DNA of 64,000 bases from an uncultured Gammaproteobacteria bacterium (GTDB lineage Bacteria; Patescibacteriota; Microgenomatia; CAZETR01; Amesbacteraceae), in contig CAZCXU010000001.1 in the NCBI GenBank assembly GCA_964502885.1, positions 93,352-157,351 on the forward strand, read 5' to 3'. Positions 62,361 through 64,000 of this stretch are shown piece after piece; position 1 is the first letter of the stretch; each line of letters starts with the position of its first letter. Made by a program: the position numbers and the translations under genes. Below the pieces are notes generated by a model that was given only the letters and a program-made list of their open reading frames with translations, did not search any database and was not told where the DNA came from.

Positions 62361-63470
62361 ATGGGAAACCAAGATAAAGAAAAAGATAAAGGTGCGCAGG
62401 CTGTGGCGAATCTGATCGCAAAGGGAAAGCATCAGGGGTACCTGACCTTGGATGAAATTTTGGAAGCTTTTCCAGATGCTGAGGATAGAATCGAAGAGCT
62501 GGACGCGATGTTTGCCAAGCTGATTACGGCAAGTGTGGATGTCTTTGAAACGGTTACTGAGAGGGAAGAGGAAGATGAGGAGCGTTCAGTTGCTGATCTG
62601 GAGAAAGAGATTGAGGCATTGACCAAGGTTGAGGGAGTGGTGACTACTGATCCGGTAAGAATGTATTTGCGAGAAATAGGAAAGATCCCACTTTTGAAGC
62701 CAGTGGAAGAAATTTCTTTGGCACAAAAGATTGAAAAAGGTGATAGGAAAGCAAAAAAGAAGCTTACTGAGAGTAATTTGAGGTTGGTGGTGTCAATTGC
62801 AAAAAAATATGTGATGAGAGGTTTGTCGCTGTTGGATTTGATCCAAGAGGGAAATCAGGGGTTGATTCGGGCTGTGGAGAAATATGATTGGCGCAAGGGA
62901 TATAAGTTCTCAACATATGCGACTTGGTGGATCCGCCAGGCTATTACCCGGGCAATTGCTGATCAGGCGAGAACAATTCGTATTCCTGTACATATGGTGG
63001 AGACCATAAATAAGTTGATCAGGACTCAGAGACAACTGATGCAGAGTTTGGGTCGTGAGCCAACAGCGGAAGAAATTGCGACCACTATGGGTGAAATGAC
63101 GGCACATCGCGTGAGAGAGATTCTTAAAATAGCTCAGGATACAACCTCACTGGAAACACCAGTCGGAGATGAAGAAGACTCGATGCTTGGTGATTTCATC
63201 GCGGACACATCGCAACCGTCTCCTATAGAAGCTGCGTCGCGTGAACTTTTGAAAGAAAACATTGAGGAGGTGTTGTCATCTTTGACAGATAGAGAGGCCA
63301 AAGTTTTGCGGATGCGATTTGGTTTGGATGGCAAGAATCCGATGACTTTGGAAGAGGTGGGTCGAGAATTTGGAGTGACACGGGAAAGAATTCGTCAGAT
63401 AGAAGCTAAAGCTTTGCGAAAACTGAAACACCCGTCACGCAGGAAGAAGCTGCAAGACTATCTGGAGTAA
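62361..63470 (+). CDS. rpoD: RNA polymerase sigma-70 factor RpoD/SigA (short form without extended region 1.1)
   Basis: Region 2 motifs ([39 protein letters not shown]) and region 4 motifs ([26 protein letters not shown]). Confidence 0.9.
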
Positions 63471-64000
63471 CCGTTGGGGTGAGTACTGTGCCACCTGTAG
63501 GCGTGAGAGATGATGGTAGCAATATCAGAACTGGTGGGTGTCCAATTAAGCCGTTTTTGAAGTTTGGTGGAATCGGCTACTAACTCCGCAGGGTCACCTT
63601 CGCGGCGAGGCCCAAAGTTGATGGGAAATTCTGTGTGGGTAACATCCTTTACGGTATTGGCGATTTGAAGATTGGAGGTACCTTTTCCGGTACCGACGTT
63701 GAAAACATCTGTCTGGTGACCATTTTTCAGCGCGTCGAGGGCAAGTGAGTGGGCGGAACAAAGGTCGTCAATGTGAATGTAGTCACGAATACAAGTGCCA
63801 TCGGGAGTGGGGAAGTCGTTGCCAAAAATGGTGAATTGTTTATTTTGCATGGCCATCTTGATGGCGATGGGGATGATGTGCCCTTCCGGCTGATGATCTT
63901 CTCCGTAATTTCCATCGGGACTGGCGCCACAGGCATTGAAGTAACGCAAGGAGATAGATTTGATGCCAAATTGGCGGTCATAGTAAGAGAGAAGCTGTTC
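63458..64000 (-). CDS. galE: UDP-glucose 4-epimerase, C-terminal part (the gene continues beyond the window end)
   Basis: ...[27 protein letters not shown]... is typical of GalE. The frame is open to nt 64000. Confidence 0.75.
   Translation of the reverse strand, partial: EQLLSYYDRQFGIKSISLRYFNACGASPDGNYGEDHQPEGHIIPIAIKMAMQNKQFTIFGNDFPTPDGTCIRDYIHIDDLCSAHSLALDALKNGHQTDVFNVGTGKGTSNLQIANTVKDVTHTEFPINFGPRREGDPAELVADSTKLQKRLNWTPTSSDIATIISHAYRWHSTHPNGYSR

Noticed and set aside
1-64000. CRISPR arrays, integrase or transposase genes, rRNA genes, and an alternative genetic code (UGA recoding, as in Gracilibacteria/Absconditabacteria).
   Set aside because: No regular short-repeat/spacer arrays, no recognisable integrase or transposase motifs, and no rRNA-like sequence were seen. 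Long ORFs terminate cleanly with TGA/TAA/TAG and conserved proteins align end-to-end under the standard code, so code 25 is not supported.

Overview
The window looks like the chromosomal origin region of a reduced genome in the style of CPR/Patescibacteria, read in the standard genetic code. It has compact gene spacing, many fused enzymes and many tandem paralogs. It contains the classic origin cluster rpmH-rnpA-yidD-yidC-jag | dnaA-dnaN, with perfect DnaA boxes (TTATCCACA) in both flanking intergenic regions. It also carries t6A genes (a TsaC-TsaE fusion plus tsaD), valS behind a T-box-like leader, rplY, rnhA, smpB with an adjacent tmRNA, comF, dnaG, rpoD and a galE fragment. Six tRNAs are present: four Ser isoacceptors and two Arg.

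The main accessory feature is a type IV secretion / conjugation-like locus of about 20 kb (15.6-35.9 kb), immediately downstream of dnaN. It includes a VirB4 ATPase whose N-terminal domain appears as a separate ORF, a PrgI/VirB3-like protein, a VirB6-like polytopic protein, a 926-aa orphan protein, and a 1220-aa secreted Cys-rich giant protein. It also holds 11 tandem paralogous two-helix pilin-like genes, two of them with Cys-rich extensions, and a SpoIID/LytB-type cell-wall hydrolase.

A second accessory block (46.6-59.3 kb) is a glycan or compatible-solute locus. It contains GT4, a GT2-HAD fusion, a histidine phosphatase, a GT2-methyltransferase fusion, GT-C-like membrane proteins, DUF4012-like and SPFH proteins. 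tRNA genes interrupt it, and the tRNAs are flanked by tandem repeats and decayed copies of tRNA ends.
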